DNA of 63,569 bases, counting the filler, from Octopus bimaculoides (Eukaryota), in NCBI RefSeq assembly GCF_001194135.2. It is 4 parts of 4 records of this genome, joined end to end, with 100 filler letters (N's around TTAATTAATTAA, not from the genome) between each part and the next. Parts side by side here need not be neighbours in the genome. Positions count along the whole stretch, not along the records: positions 1 to 20,871 come from NC_069006.1; 3 more parts are not named here. One strand, 5' to 3'. The notes under the pieces are model-generated. The model saw nothing but the letters and a program-made list of their open reading frames with translations, was not told the origin of the DNA and ran no database searches. This document shows positions 1 to 14,099 of this stretch, one piece after another; the stretch's first letter is position 1; each line of letters opens with the position of its first letter. A program made the position numbers and the translations under genes.

Positions 1-39
1 AACAAGTTCTACTTCAATGAAGACAAGCTTCAATTTGGG

Positions 40-187
40 TTATGTGGTTAATAAGTTCACTTCCTAGCCATGTGGTTTTGGGTTCAGTCCCACTGCATGA
101 CATATTGAGCAAGTGTCTTCAGTTACAGCTCTGAGCTGACCAAAGCCTGATGAGTGGATTTATTAGAAACTGAAAGAATGCCATTAT

Positions 188-241
<54 letters not shown>

Positions 242-520
242 TGCGTGCACGTGTGTGTGTGTTTGTGTGTTTCCTTGTCTTGACATCATGCAACAGTTGT
301 AAAACAAGGATCACTCTGACATAAAAACTGTTGGCCATTTCCAATGTCCTGTGAAACATGTAGCCATGGGGAAGTTTTACTTTGTATGGAAACAGGCAAG
401 AGTTGCCAGCAGAAAAATCTACCTCAACAAATTCTGTCTGATTCGTGAAAGCTCAGAAAATTGAACATTAAAAATGCTGATGATGACGATGACGATGATG
501 ATAACAATGATGATGACTTC
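40..520 (+). mobile_element. SINE family A head with RTE-like (GAT)n tail (chimeric variant)
   Basis: gggttcagtcccactgc B-box-like head, internal (GT)n, ends in gatgatgacgatg. Confidence 0.65.
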
Positions 521-822
521 AACATGAAAGAAGTCGTAAATTTATAGGTTCAAATATTTCCAAATGCAGTTGCGAGTCCTGAGTTTTTATTTCATTGGTT
601 TTTATTTTTTATTTCTGTATAATTTATCTCCTTTTTTCAATTGTGGGGGGGAGGGGGAGGATGAATGGAGCAAAAAATAAGATATTTCTTTTTAAAGGTT
701 AAGTGGGGAAAAGGAAGGGTATGTGATATTTTGGTGCCACTTATTTTGGCATCACTGATTCAACACTAATTTATTTGACATCAGACGTTTTTTATGTTTC
801 TTTCATTCTCTCCCTCCTTCTG

Positions 823-859
<37 letters not shown>

Positions 860-1809
860 TATGTGTGTGAGCATATTTTCTTTTATGGGTCTGAGGAGAG
901 GGAAAGTGTTGATATCAATTGTGTCCAATAAATAAATTGTAATTCTCTCATACTCTCTCACTCCCTCTTTCTCTCTCTCTCTCTGTATGTGTACATTTTT
1001 GTGTGCAAGCACATGCATGTTTGTGTTTGTGTGTGTGTGTTTGCCTCCAGCACTAAAAAGGGCCATTGCCAAACTAGATTGAATGTCCAGTCAGCTGCAC
1101 CTAATCGACTCATTCTGACCGAGAGTGATAAAGCAAAGAAAAGGAAGGCAAAAACAGGATTCATGGCTGGCTACTTAACCCCCTACTTTCATTCTGACCC
1201 CTGTAAATCCCCTAGTCGGGTACCTGGAGTTGCAAGTCATCCTGTAAATAACTACTGCAGCCTCAATAGATGTTATTAAGTATTAGTCACATGTCAGGTA
1301 GGCTTGACAGCCATGTCTTCTTGTCTTGACATTGCTCGATGGCTGTAAACAAGTGGTTTTTCTTCATTTCCAATCTTTCAGGAGACAAAATGCTAAGCAG
1401 AATTTCATCCATCTTTACATTCTGAGTTCAAATTCTGCAGAGGTTGACTTTGCCTTTCATTCTCCTGGGGCTGATAAAATAAGTACCAGTTGATAGGAAG
1501 AACCGACATCAAAGAATCAAAAAGCAACATTGCTGCGAATGCTTGGCCACCACAAGCCAGTTATCCCTGGGGTACCTTTTCTGAAGACTGGGATCAATGT
1601 AATTAAATTCTGAACACAATTGAACACAGTAATTGTTCAATTGACCAATGTAATTAACTAGCCCCTCCTCTCTCCAAAATTCCAAATTCTTGCACTTATA
1701 CAAGAAAAGATTGCTATTATTAATCAACACAAGGCAGCAAGCTGTCAGAAATCATTAGCACACAGAACAAACGACTTTAATGGTACTTCTATGAACAGTG
1801 TCCATTTCC

Positions 1810-2390
1810 AATCATCATCATCATCCTCATCATCATCATTTAGCATCTGCTTTCCATGCAGGCATGGGTTAGATGGTTTGACCAGAACTGGTAAGCCAGA
1901 GAGCTGCACCAGGCTCCAGTCTGATTTGGCACAGTTTCTACAGCTGGATGCTCTTTCTAACACCAACCACTCCAAGAATGTAATGGGTACTATTTACATG
2001 CCACCGGCACGGGTGCCATTTACTTGACACCAGCAACGGTCACAACTAGGATTTCACTTGGCTTGATGAGTCTTCTCATGCATGGCTTATCACCAAAGGA
2101 CTCAATCACTTGTCATTGCCTCTGTAAAGCCCAACACTCAAAGATCATGCTTCACCATCTCATCCCATGCCCTCCTAGTCTATCTCTTCCACAAGTTCCC
2201 TCCACAGTTAGAAATTGGTACTTCTTTACATAGTTGTCCTCGTCTACATGCATCACATGTCCATACCAGTGCAGTCACTTCTCTTACATGCTACATCTGA
2301 TGTCTATTATGCCCCTCTCAAAATGCTTGCACTCTGTCGTGCATACACTCTGCCACTGCACATCCAGCGAACCATAGAAGCTGCTTTCTT
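1810..2390 (-). mobile_element. RTE-clade LINE 3' end (RT C-terminus, 3'UTR and (GAT)n tail)
   Basis: Reverse strand gives RWMC and LHWYGHV motifs. The 3'UTR is the same sequence found as many short copies elsewhere in the window. Confidence 0.75.
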
Positions 2391-2776
2391 TCAATCTTTT
2401 GAGAAAAAAATTTCCTATCATCAGGAAATATTACATTGCCTGGAAAGGATTTAAGGGTTGATGACAAAAAGGACATCTGCGCAAGGGAAACCTGCCATGT
2501 GAACATGGTGAAGTGAATACATTATGATGATGATGATGATGATATTTAGAAAGTACAGCCAACTCTCACCTGTGCATGAACATGGATTAGTAAACACGTA
2601 ACAGGCTTTTGTTAATTGTTTTAAGTGCTTATTAACAGATAAAAGATATATACACATACCCACCTCCCCAAGCACCACTCCACCCCAACCTTGATGCAGT
2701 GGAACATCCAAGATAGGACATGGTCCCCACAAATAGCCCCTGCATACACAAATACAGCTCCTCACACACACAACAC

Positions 2777-2824
<48 letters not shown>

Positions 2825-4475
2825 NNNNNNNNNNNNNNNNNNNNNNNNNNNNNNNNNNNNNNNNNNNNNNNNNNNNNNNNNNNNNNNNNNNNNNNNNNNN
2901 NNNNNNNNNNNNNNNNNNNNNNNNNNNNNNNNNNNNNNNNNNNNNNNNNNNNNNNNNNNNNNNNNNNNNNNNNNNNNNNNNNNNNNNNNNNNNNNNNNNN
3001 NNNNNNNNNNNNNNNNNNNNNNNNNNNNNNNNNNNNNNNNNNNNNNNNNNNNNNNNNNNNNNNNNNNNNNNNNNNNNNNNNNNNNNNNNNNNNNNNNNNN
3101 NNNNNNNNNNNNNNNNNNNNNNNNNNNNNNNNNNNNNNNNNNNNNNNNNNNNNNNNNNNNNNNNNNNNNNNNNNNNNNNNNNNNNNNNNNNNNNNNNNNN
3201 NNNNNNNNNNNTCTCAAAGAATCTCAAACAGTTTTACAATTTCAGTTCTATTTATACTTCAAGTGTTGAAAACAGGATTGGTGGTGGCAGCAGTGGGGGA
3301 GGGGAGTAGTAGTGGTGGCAATGATGGTGGCAGTGGGGCAGTAGGGGTGGCAGTGAGAGGGTACTATGTCTCAGTAAAACTTCCATTTCTCTGTCATGTC
3401 TAGGGGAGATGTAGTGGCTGTAATACTTTACTTCATTACATCACCACCTCTACTACCAACACCACCCCCTACACACACACCCATCAGTTATTGCTTTAGG
3501 TTTGTTTTGTAAACCCAAAGAGATTATATCAGAGGGAGATTAGGAAATGAAACAAATAAATAAATAAATAAAGCCCCCCCCTCCCTTCTTCCTCTTTGGA
3601 ATAATGCTATATATGGTCAGTGAATGACTTTCATCATCTCAACTTTCTGTCTGTCTATTTATTACTCTGCTTATCCATATACGTGTGTGTGTGCGTGTGT
3701 ATTATATATGTGTGTATGTGTATGTGGCTGTGAAGTTAGAAGATTGCTTCCCAATCGCATGGTTCTGGCTTCAGTCCCACTGCGTGACATCTTGAGCAGG
3801 TCTCTTCAACTGTAGCTTTGTACCAACCAAAGCCTTGTGAGTGGATTTAGTAGACAGAAACTGAAAGAAGCCTGTTGTGTATGTTTCTACAGCTGGATGA
3901 AACACTGCCAGATCAGACTGGAGCCTGATGCAGCCTCCTAGCTTTCCAGACCCCGGTCAAATCATCCAACCCATGCTAGCATGGAAAACGGACGTCAAAT
4001 GATGATGATATATATATATATATATATATATTGAGAAAAAAGTAATCAGAATTTTGGAAAAAACATCCTTTTATTTCTTCATTATCATTAGCACTTTCGT
4101 TCCTCTCTAGAACTTGTCAAATACAAAATTGTATTTGACAAGTTCTAGAGAGGAACGAAAGTGCTANNNNNNNNNNNNNNNNNNNNNNNNNNNNNNNNNN
4201 NNNNNNNNNNNNNNNNNNNNNNNNNNNNNNNNNNNNNNNNNNNNNNNNNNNNNNNNNNNNNNNNNNNNNNNNNNNNNNNNNNNNNNNNNNNNNNNNNNNN
4301 NNNNNNNNNNNNNNNNNNNNNNNNNNNNNNNNNNNNNNNNNNNNNNNNNNNNNNNNNNNNNNNNNNNNNNNNNNNNNNNNNNNNNNNNNNNNNNNNNNNN
4401 NNNNNNNNNNNNNNNNNNNNNNNNNNNNNNNNNNNNNNNNNNNNNNNNNNNNNNNNNNNNNNNNNNNNNNNNNNN

Positions 4476-4621
4476 GTGCAGATGTGGTAAGAAGCTTGCT
4501 TCCAAACCACATGGTTCCGGATTCAGTCCCACTGCGTGACACCTTCGGCAAGTGTCTTCTAGTATAGCTAACCAAAGCCTTGTGAGGAGATTTGGTAGAC
4601 AGAAACTGAAAGAAGCCTGTC

Positions 4622-4662
<41 letters not shown>

Positions 4663-4838
4663 TTCCCCCACCATCGCTTGACAACCAATGTTGGTGTGTT
4701 TACATCCCTGTAACTTAGCAGTTTGGTAAAAGAGACCGATAGAATAAGTACTCGGTTTACAAAGAATAAGTCCTGGCAGTGAATTTGTGCCCCAGCATGA
4801 CCGCAGTCAAATGACTGAAACTAATAAATGAATAAAAG
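4476..4838 (+). mobile_element. SINE family A (tRNA-like head, internal (GT)n)
   Basis: gtggtaagaagcttgcttccaaccacatggttccggattcagtcccactgcg...cagtcaaatgactgaaac; more than 10 copies in the window. Confidence 0.85.
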
Positions 4839-4975
4839 AATATATATATATATATAAAATATTTGTTCAAGAAAAGTGGTGACAGTGACTGAAACTAATA
4901 AAAGAATTTTAAAAATATATATAATAATTGATTAAGTAAACAGAAGATGGAATTGGTATGACTTTTTATTTTGTA

Positions 4976-5266
4976 CAATGATTGTTTTGACCCATCCTTC
5001 AACTGTCCTTTACAGGTGGGATGCTGTGCATCAATCTGGCAGTCTGAACCACATCAGGTACATTCATACATAAAATGGTGTCTCATTACCCTAAATGAAG
5101 CGGGCAAATAACAACATGACTGCCCAGAATCAAGATCTTTAGTGAGACACCACTTTATGTATGAATAAACCTGACGTGACCCAGACTGCAAGACTGATGC
5201 AGCATAGTATGATGCACAGCATCCCACCTATAAAGGACAGTTGCAGGATGGGTCAAACGATCGTTG
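4976..5266. mobile_element. Tc1/mariner-type MITE with about 57-bp TIRs
   Basis: 4976-5033 is the near-perfect reverse complement of 5210-5266; TA at both flanks (4974-75, 5267-68); no ORF. Confidence 0.8.
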
Positions 5267-5504
5267 TACAAAAGAATGAGTTATACCAATTCCATCTACC
5301 ATTTACTTAATTATTATCTCAAGTAACACTGTGGAATTCCTGAAGTAGATCCAAAAGAAATATACTCCAACTGTGGATGACACCAAGTAGCCCAAAACTG
5401 TGCCAGTGCTTTACTCAACACATCAACACACTAACTAATGTATACTTGGTCCAAAATATTACATATATACATACATGCATACATATATACATACATTATA
5501 TATA

Positions 5505-5680
5505 TCGTCGTCGTTTAACGTCCGCTTTCCATGCTAGCATGGGTTGGATGATTTGACTGAGGATTGGTGAAACCAGATGGCTACACCANNNNNNNNNNGA
5601 TTGGTGAAACCAGATGGCTACACCAGGCTCCAATTTGATTTGGCAGAGTTTCTACAGCTGGATGCCCTTCCTAATGCCAT
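5505..5680 (-). mobile_element. RTE-type 3' end / RTE-dependent SINE copy
   Basis: gtttaacgtccgctttccatgctagcatgggttgg...gatgcccttcctaa family. Confidence 0.8.
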
Positions 5681-5730
5681 ACATATATATACATATGCAT
5701 ACATTCATACATACGTATGCATGCATGCAT

Positions 5731-5761
<31 letters not shown>

Positions 5762-5975
5762 AGGTGGAAAACTGGCAGAATCATTAGCACACCGGGCGGA
5801 ATGCTTAGTGGTATTTCGTCTGCTGCTACGTTCTAAGTTCAAATTCCACCGGGGTCGACTTAGCTTTTCATCCTTTCACAGTCGATAAATTAAGTACCAG
5901 TGTAACACTGGGGGTCAATTTAATCGACTAGTCCCCTCCCCCAAAATTATGGGCCTTGTGCCTATATTAGAAAGG
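5762..5975 (+). mobile_element. SINE family C
   Basis: ggcagaatcattagcacaccgggc...agttcaaattccac (B-box-like)...ggccttgtgcct; about 10 copies in the window. Confidence 0.8.
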
Positions 5976-6854
5976 ATACATATACATACATATAAAGTTA
6001 ATGAATAAAAACAAAGTTAATGTATATATATGAAGTTAATTCTTTTATTAACTTTATAGTTTATGAGACTGTTTATACATATATATTAGGAACTTTCTTT
6101 CACTATATTTGATAAAGCCAGTTGGCATCTGATTTGTTATTAACAATCCATTATGGGGAAATTGCATCCTCAAATTGCACATTCCCTATGTTCCCTCCAT
6201 CGTCGGTGGGAAGAGAAAACTAGAGGAGATACCAAACAGGGCAGAGCACTAGATGTGCAGGGAGTTGTGATAGCCTACTCATCTGCCACTGGAGTGGGAC
6301 CTGACGCCATGGGAGACAAAATGCTTAGCATCATTTCTTTTCCAGCTTTACGTTCAGAGTTCAAATTCTACCAAAGCTGACTTAGCCTATCATCCTTTTG
6401 GGCATTGATAAAACAAGTACCAGTTGAGCTTTGGGGTCGATTTAATCAACAAGCACCTTCCTCCAAAATTCTAGGCCCTGTGCCTATAGTAGAAAGAATT
6501 ATTAAAAGAAAGGTAATTTCTTCCAACTTTACATTATAAGTTCTAATTCTACCAAGGACAAATTTGCCTTTCATTCTTTCAGGGTCAATAAAATAAGTGG
6601 ATCTAGTTTTTTCATTCACAAAATAGGCATTTTTTAAAAGGAAGTAAAAAATCTGAATCGGCTATAATAATGTAGTCTTCCAGTCTCATTGCTATGAAGG
6701 TATGATGTTGTGGAGAAAAAAAATTGGAGGAAAAAGTTACAGAGGTTTAAAAATTGGAAGATCCTAAGTAAGTACTAGCTGAGCGCTGGGGATGATGTAA
6801 TTGACTGCCCCCGTCCACATCTCCCCCAAAATATCAAGCCTTGAAATGTGAAAA

Positions 6855-7140
6855 CACGTGGTTTAGCAGTTAGGATATTCGACTCACAATCATAAAGCCA
6901 CGAGTTTGATTCTTGGCAGCACATTGTATCCTTGAGCAAGACACTTTATTTCACATTGTTCCAGTCCACTCAGCTGGCAAAACTGAGTAGCACTTGTATT
7001 TCAAAGGGCCAGCCTTGTCACATTCTGTGTCATGCTGAATCTCCCTAAGAACATTAAGGGCATGTGTGTCTGAGGAATGCTCAGCCACTTGCGCATTAAT
7101 TTCACAAGCAGGCAGTTCTGTTGATAGCGTCAACGGGAAC
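6855..7140 (+). mobile_element. SINE family D (older)
   Basis: Homologous head and cttgagcaagacactttatttcac body. Confidence 0.75.
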
Positions 7141-7818
7141 CACTTGTATTCATCATTGACGGCAGTGCCAGTTATCTCTTTACATCGCCCCTCCTATCTA
7201 GCTACTTACCTACGTAAATCTGTCTATCTCACTGTTTCCTCTGTCCTGTTTCTATTTTGATTCAAAAATATAAAGACATCTGTCCTACAACACACACACA
7301 CACACACACACACACACTGATATGCATGCTATTTCATCTTAATACTGATCACAGAGATAAACAGAAAGCGGTATTTGTATACGTGCGCACGCATGTGTGT
7401 GTGTGTGTAGTCATATCTTTACATACATATATATTCATACACACACATGCACAAGCAAACATATAGATACTCGTACATAGACATAGATATATGTATGTAT
7501 ATGCATAGACATATATACATGTATCTATATACATAGATATATATATATGTGAATATTCTTGAATGAAAGATCAAGAAGACCACAAATCTAAAGAAGACTC
7601 TGTATGAGTGAGATATAACTGTAAAGACTTTTATTTTACAGTTACAACCCACCAAACACAGACATGTATATATGTATATACATACTCCTGTAAATATACA
7701 CACACACACACACACATATACATATATATATATACATGTACACATACACATTTATATGCTCATGCATATATACATGCATACACACACATATACATTCATA
7801 GAGATAGGCTGATAAATT

Positions 7819-7857
<39 letters not shown>

Positions 7858-8937
7858 GGATGGACAGACAGACAGACTGACAGACACACATCTGCGGGCA
7901 TGCTTTTTTTTTATCTTGTAATCTCAAATTCACAAATTTGTGCACTAAGAGGTGGTGGTGGTGGTGGTGGTGGTGGTGGTGATTGTGATGGTGGTAGTAT
8001 AGTAGTGATGGTGAGAGGGGTAGAAGAGGTTATGGTGGTGATAGTAGTGGTGGCGGTGGTAGGAATGGTGTTAAACCAGGAATGGATTAGGCTTCCTGAG
8101 AGTCGTTGTGGCTGGTGTCGGCTACCCCCAATTCAGCCCTGGGGTCAAGTTAACCTACGATCAAAGGTTTTCCAGTTATGACCATTCCATCTTTTTTCTT
8201 TGGTGTGGTGAGGGAGAGCTGAACTACATTATCCAATGTTCTCTTACCTTTATTTCAAGATGTTCGATGCTGTGATTTGTGAGAGACTTGGCTGTTATTT
8301 CTAATAAGTTCTCGCTACCCAAGTAGAGGTCTCATTGGCTCAAACATACAAAAGAAAGTAGAGTGTAATTTGAAAGTGACACGACTGCTATTTCTAGCAA
8401 AGGTGTGATGCTGGCAGCAGCACCAGCAGTAGTAGTGGTGGTGGTGGTGGTGGTGGTGATGGTGGCGTTTGGGTTAGTAGTAGTAGTAATTAGTAGTAGT
8501 AGTAGTAGTAGTAATAGTGGTATTGGTGGTGGTAGTAGTGGTATGGCTCTGGTAGTGATGGAGGTGGTGGTCATTGTTGTGGTGGTGGTGACATGATGAC
8601 TTCCAAGGTGATGTGAAGATAACCTGATGAGAGAGGAGGAGGGAAAAAGAAATGCAAAAAGGAGGAGGAGGAGGAAAGGCAGAGAAAGAAAAGAGAAAAA
8701 AATATATGAGGGAAAACCTAAAATGTCAGCCGTGTTGACAGAGGTTGACTATTTCTATCTCGTTACAGTTACATAACGCACAGACACACACACACACATA
8801 TTTACAGTTACCTAAAACCAAACACAGATGCACATACACATATACATATGCACAGATACACACACATGCACATACATACGAAAAAAATTTACACATACAT
8901 ACACACAGACGGCCACACATCACACAAACCAATAATT

Positions 8938-9124
8938 ATCATCATCATCATCATCGTCGTCGTCGTTTAACGTCCGCTTTCCATGCTACCATGGGTTGGA
9001 CAATTTGACCGAGGACTGGTGAAACCAGATGGCTACACCAGGCTCCAATCTGATTTGGCAGAGTTTCTACGGCTGGATGCCCTTCCTAACGCCAACCACT
9101 CAGAGAGTGTAGTGGGTGCTTTTA
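8938..9124 (-). mobile_element. RTE-type 3' end copy
   Basis: Same family with (CAT)n tail; runs into a gap. Confidence 0.8.
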
Positions 9125-9416
9125 NNNNNNNNNNNNNNNNNNNNNNNNNNNNNNNNNNNNNNNNNNNNNNNNNNNNNNNNNNNNNNNNNNNNNNNNNNNN
9201 NNNNNNNNNNNNNNNNNNNNNNNNNNNNNNNNNNNNNNNNNNNNNNNNNNNNNNNNNNNNNNNNNNNNNNNNNNNNNNNNNNNNNNNNNNNNNNNNNNNN
9301 NNNNNNNNNNNNNNNNNNNNNNNNNNNNNNNNNNNNNNNNNNNNNNNNNNNNNNNNNNNNNNNNNNNNNNNNNNNNNNNNNNNNNNNNNNNNNNNNNNNN
9401 NNNNNNNNNNNNNNNN

Positions 9417-9454
<38 letters not shown>

Positions 9455-9509
9455 CCACATGCACACACACACACACAGAAACATGCAAGCAGGTGATGTT
9501 TTTGTGTGT

Positions 9510-9885
9510 GGCTGCATGGTAAGAATCTTGCTTCCCAACCACATGGTTCAGGGTTCAATCTCACTGCATGGCACTTTGGGCAAGTGTCTTCTACTATAGC
9601 CTCGGACTGACCAAAGCCTTGTGAATGGATATGGTAGATGGAAACTGAAAGAAGCCCTTCGTATGTGTGTGTGTGTATGTGTGTGTGTGTCTGTACCCTC
9701 ACCATTGCTTGACAACCGATGTTTATGTGTTTACATCCCCATAACTCAGAAATTCAGCAAAAATGACCAATAAAATAAGTACTAGGCTTACAAAGAATAA
9801 GTCTTGAAGTCAATTTGCTGAACTAAAGGTAACAGTCCAGCATGGCTGCAGTCAAATGACTGAAACTGATAAACGAATAAAAGAA
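9510..9885 (+). mobile_element. SINE family A
   Basis: Full-length homologue of 4476-4838. Confidence 0.8.
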
Positions 9886-9888
9886 TAT

Positions 9889-9953
<65 letters not shown>

Positions 9954-10112
9954 NNNNNNNNNNTTGAAGTGTTTACTTGGTAGCTTTCTCCAGACTGTCA
10001 AACAATCCAATGAAAGTTTTAAATTGTTTTTATGATAACTTGATATAAAAACAAACATTAATATGTGTACATATGAATATGTACACACAGAGAAACATGA
10101 ATCAGCCAGTAG

Positions 10113-10149
<37 letters not shown>

Positions 10150-10218
10150 TATATGTGACCGCATGTGTATCATTGGTGATTTTCTTTCTCCATCTTCCCT
10201 TCTTTGGACCTTTTCTAT

Positions 10219-10254
10219 ATTTCTGATGAAGAGCTCCGCTCGAAACGTTGAAAT
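10219..10254 (+). ncRNA. Degenerate minimal hammerhead-like motif (Penelope-like element end)
   Basis: CTGATGA-a-GAGC-tcc-GCTC-GAAA-CGT; ATTT/AAAT short stem I; one extra nucleotide in the core. Confidence 0.4.
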
Positions 10255-10643
10255 CCTCTTTCTTTTCTTTCCTTTCCTGAGCGTCCAATAGCACTGTACT
10301 TGTTCCACGTCCTCTCATTGTTGGTTTTTCTTGTTTGTTCTTGTTTGGAGTGACTATATATATATATTTATATTTATATATATATAAAGTCATAAATGAA
10401 TGAGAAATAGTTTGGCGAAATTTTATTTAACAATAAGAAAATTCTAATACCACGACAAATTGTATCAGACTATATATTCTATATGTTTTGTAGAACGATA
10501 CATCATGGATCATTTGAACCCATATATTGTGGCTTAAATATATATATAATAAAAACCACAGGTCTTGTAAAATACAACATTATATTGACTCCCTTAGCTG
10601 ACCGAGTGCTATTCTACTTCTTGATAGAACATAAATTTATCTA

Positions 10644-10711
<68 letters not shown>

Positions 10712-11109
10712 CACACAATATAAACTTACCAATTCTACAGAAGCATTCAAATTCAGTGCCACGACAACACAACAAAACACTATTTAGTCACTAATTACAC
10801 AATCTCTCTTCTGTGTTCAACTATGGTACTGGACCACATTCCTGGTAACGTCATCATATTAGGGTAAATGTTAGCTAACTTGAAACAGGTGAAGGTTGGG
10901 GACAGGAAGGGTATCCAGCTGGAGAAATTCTTCCTTGACAAATTTTGTCCGACCCATGCAAGCATGGAAAAGTAGGCATTAAAACCAATCCTTCTTCTCC
11001 TTGTTAGCATATTAAGAACCCTCAGCTGTTTTTCATCTACAATGCCACAGGCATGGTTGTATGGTTAAGAAATTTGCTTCAAAAACCTCATGGCTTCACT
11101 GGAAATAGG

Positions 11110-11335
11110 CTAGTGGTAAGAGTGTAGCACTCATAGTTGCAAGATTGTGGTTTCAGTTCCCAGACTGGGCGGTGCATTGTGTTCTTGAACAAAACATTTA
11201 ATTTAACATGGCTGAAATCCACTCAGCTGTAAATTCATAACCCTGTGATGGACTGTGTCCAGTTCAAGGGTGATGTTGTGATCTTGGTGACATGTGCCAT
11301 GAAAACTGAGAACCAGCCCAATGAGTTCTTGAACT
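11110..11335 (+). mobile_element. SINE family D (older)
   Basis: Homologous head and body. Confidence 0.7.
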
Positions 11336-11799
11336 CAATACAGTAATGCCAGGGATTGATGATGATGATGATGACAATGATATCACTCTTTTATCACCCC
11401 ATATATCTGCAGTACTTATGTGAGATTTTCCACTATCACCCAGAACTCCAAGGGTTAATACCATCCACTTTAAGAAGCAGTGGTGTAGTGCATCACCAGA
11501 GTTGCTATCCACTGAGTTGGTATACAATCTGTGGGGCGTAAATGTTGGAAGTTAAGGTACTGGACTACTGCTGCTGTTGAACAAAGGGGCATAACTACGC
11601 TTGCTCCAGTCTACCTGGTTGACAAATGACAGGTTCCTCTTATTTCAATATTGTATGGTTAGTTAAACCTGGAGGGAAGGAACTGACCTATAAATAACCA
11701 CTCCATCCATGACCAGATAAGGAAGTCATGAGAGGTCGTTTGATATGCTAGAATTAACAGCTACAAACCACACCTAAATGTCTTAAGAATATAAGAACA

Positions 11800-12620
11800 T
11801 ATGGCTTAGACATCCACGTCATATCACACACACATGGCCTCACTACCACACAACACAACACATATACAATATTTCCTCATCCACCATACAACACTACACA
11901 ACATTCCATACTACCATGCATCCTCATGACCCCTACACACTATACCTCATCTCTTCCATACTACATCCCTCCCACCACACGCAATGTATCCCCTGTTGAA
12001 CATACTGCCACACTCCTCCTCTCACACAGAAATTACCCGCTGTCCTACACTCCACCCCATACAATATTCCCACACTGTCCCCTACACAATATACCCAAAA
12101 TCCCATGCCCCACCCCACAAAAACACACCAACAGTCCCACTCTTCACCCAACACAATATTCCCACAGCCCAAATTTCACCCGACATGATACACCCACAGC
12201 CCACCCCACACAATATACCCACATTTGCATACTCTACCCCACACAATATTTCAACAGTACAACTCTCCACCCCAACACAACTCCTCTTCGTAGGGTACAC
12301 ATGTATCTGGAGTACCTTGGCAGGATAACAAGTATTAGGAGTACCTGTAAAATACATCATTAGAACCACCCTAGGGGGATACACATGTGTAAGAGACAAT
12401 TTGCATGAGATACCCTGGGAGAGTCACACATGTTAGAGCTACTCTGGGTGGATGGGTGGAATGTACATGTTTTGGGGCTAACCTCAGTGGTTAATACACA
12501 TATTAGGTCTACCCTGTGTGGGTTACACAAAGCAGGATATGGATGCATTAGGTCTACCCTGGGTGGGTTATAACGTGTAGTAGGGCTACCCTGGGTGGGC
12601 TACAACAGTGATCCCACCCA
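11800..12620. repeat. Two adjacent degenerate minisatellites (C/A-rich ccccacacaatattccc units, then ctaccctgggtggg units)
   Basis: Recurring motifs at roughly 30-40 bp spacing. Confidence 0.6.
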
Positions 12621-14099
12621 AGTTGACAAGAGAAGAAGGTGAAATGGATGACTGCAATATACTTCAGGGAATTAGATTTGTCCAAAATGAGTGAAGACAA
12701 GAGTTTTAAATTTGTTTTTGTTTGTTTTGTTTTGCCAGAAATAGACGGAGATAAAGTTAAGGATCAATAATGATAAGAATAATAATAATAATAATAAACT
12801 TAAATGAACAAGCTCAAACATAAATATACACACATATAGATGCATGACCTACAATGCACACGCATCAAACAAATATGCAACACATCACAAATAAACACAC
12901 ACACACACACACATACATATCACATATATGCTTACATAGATTAATACATGTATGTTTCTGTGCAAACATACACACACACACACACACTACGTACATATGT
13001 GTGTACATTACATACATAACCACTCACCAAACTTTTAATTAACTGTATCTAGCCACGCTGATTAGCAAAGGAACTTCAATGTAGGTGGTGGTGGTGGTGG
13101 TGGTGGTAGCAGTGGGGGTGAGTGGTGTAGTGGTTCTTGTGCAATAAGGGTAGTGGTGGTGGTGGTGGTGNNNNNNNNNNNNNNNNNNNNNNNNNNNNNN
13201 NNNNNNNNNNNNNNNNNNNNNNNNNNNNNNNNNNNNNNNNNNNNNNNNNNNNNNNNNNNNNNNNNNNNNNNNNNNNNNNNNNNNNNNNNNNNNNNNNNNN
13301 NNNNNNNNNNNNNNNNNNNNNNNNNNNNNNNNNNNNNNNNNNNNNNNNNNNNNNNNNNNNNNNNNNNNNNNNNNNNNNNNNNNNNNNNNNNNNNNNNNNN
13401 NNNNNNNNNNNNNNNNNNNNNNNNNNNNNNNNNNNNNNNNNNNNNNNNNNNNNNNNNNNNNNNNNNNNNNNNNNNNNNNNNNNNNNNNNNNNNNNNNNNN
13501 NNNNNNNNNNNNNNNNNNNNNNNNNNNNNNNNNNNNNNNNNNNNNNNNNNNNNNNNNNNNNNNNNNNNNNNNNNNNNNNNNNNNNNNNNNNNNNNNNNNN
13601 NNNNNNNNGATGATGATGATGATGATGATGATTATGATGATGGTGAGGAGGAGAATGATAATGGCAATAATGATAGTGGGGGGGGGGGTGATGGTGGCAG
13701 TGTTAGCTGTGAGAGACGTAATGATATGTTACCATGTGGTGCTGATGACGATGGTAGTGATGGTCATGGTGGAAGCATGAGATGTGCTCCAGGGCTGTCT
13801 TGACAGTGTGTGTGCGTGTGTGTGTGTGTGTGTGTGCATGCGTGTGAAGGTGGTTGGAGGTAGGCTGTGCAATATCTGGGATATGTAAGCCGTATGACTC
13901 CAGTATGAATTCATGCTGGGTCAGTTAAAGGTTAACAGTTGCCTGATAGCAGAGAATTCCTCATCACAACTCATCTTCTTCTTCTTCTTCTATCAGCCAG
14001 ACAAATTATATGACCACCACTATTCACCTGCCAACCCAACAAACAGGGTGAGTGAGCTTATGTAAGTCAACCATCTTGAGTCAATGTCACTCGAGGTAC

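Noticed and set aside
5308-5340. Alternative terminal exon RNSTVLLEIIIK* (good acceptor, phase 2)
   Set aside because: The 21227 exon is only about 215 nt downstream of the 62-nt exon, has the same phase and carries the conserved Cys. The 5.3-kb site also lies across a scaffold spacer.
5560-5630. Direct repeat gattggtgaaaccagatggctacacca flanking 10 Ns
   Set aside because: Contig-overlap artefact across a placeholder gap.
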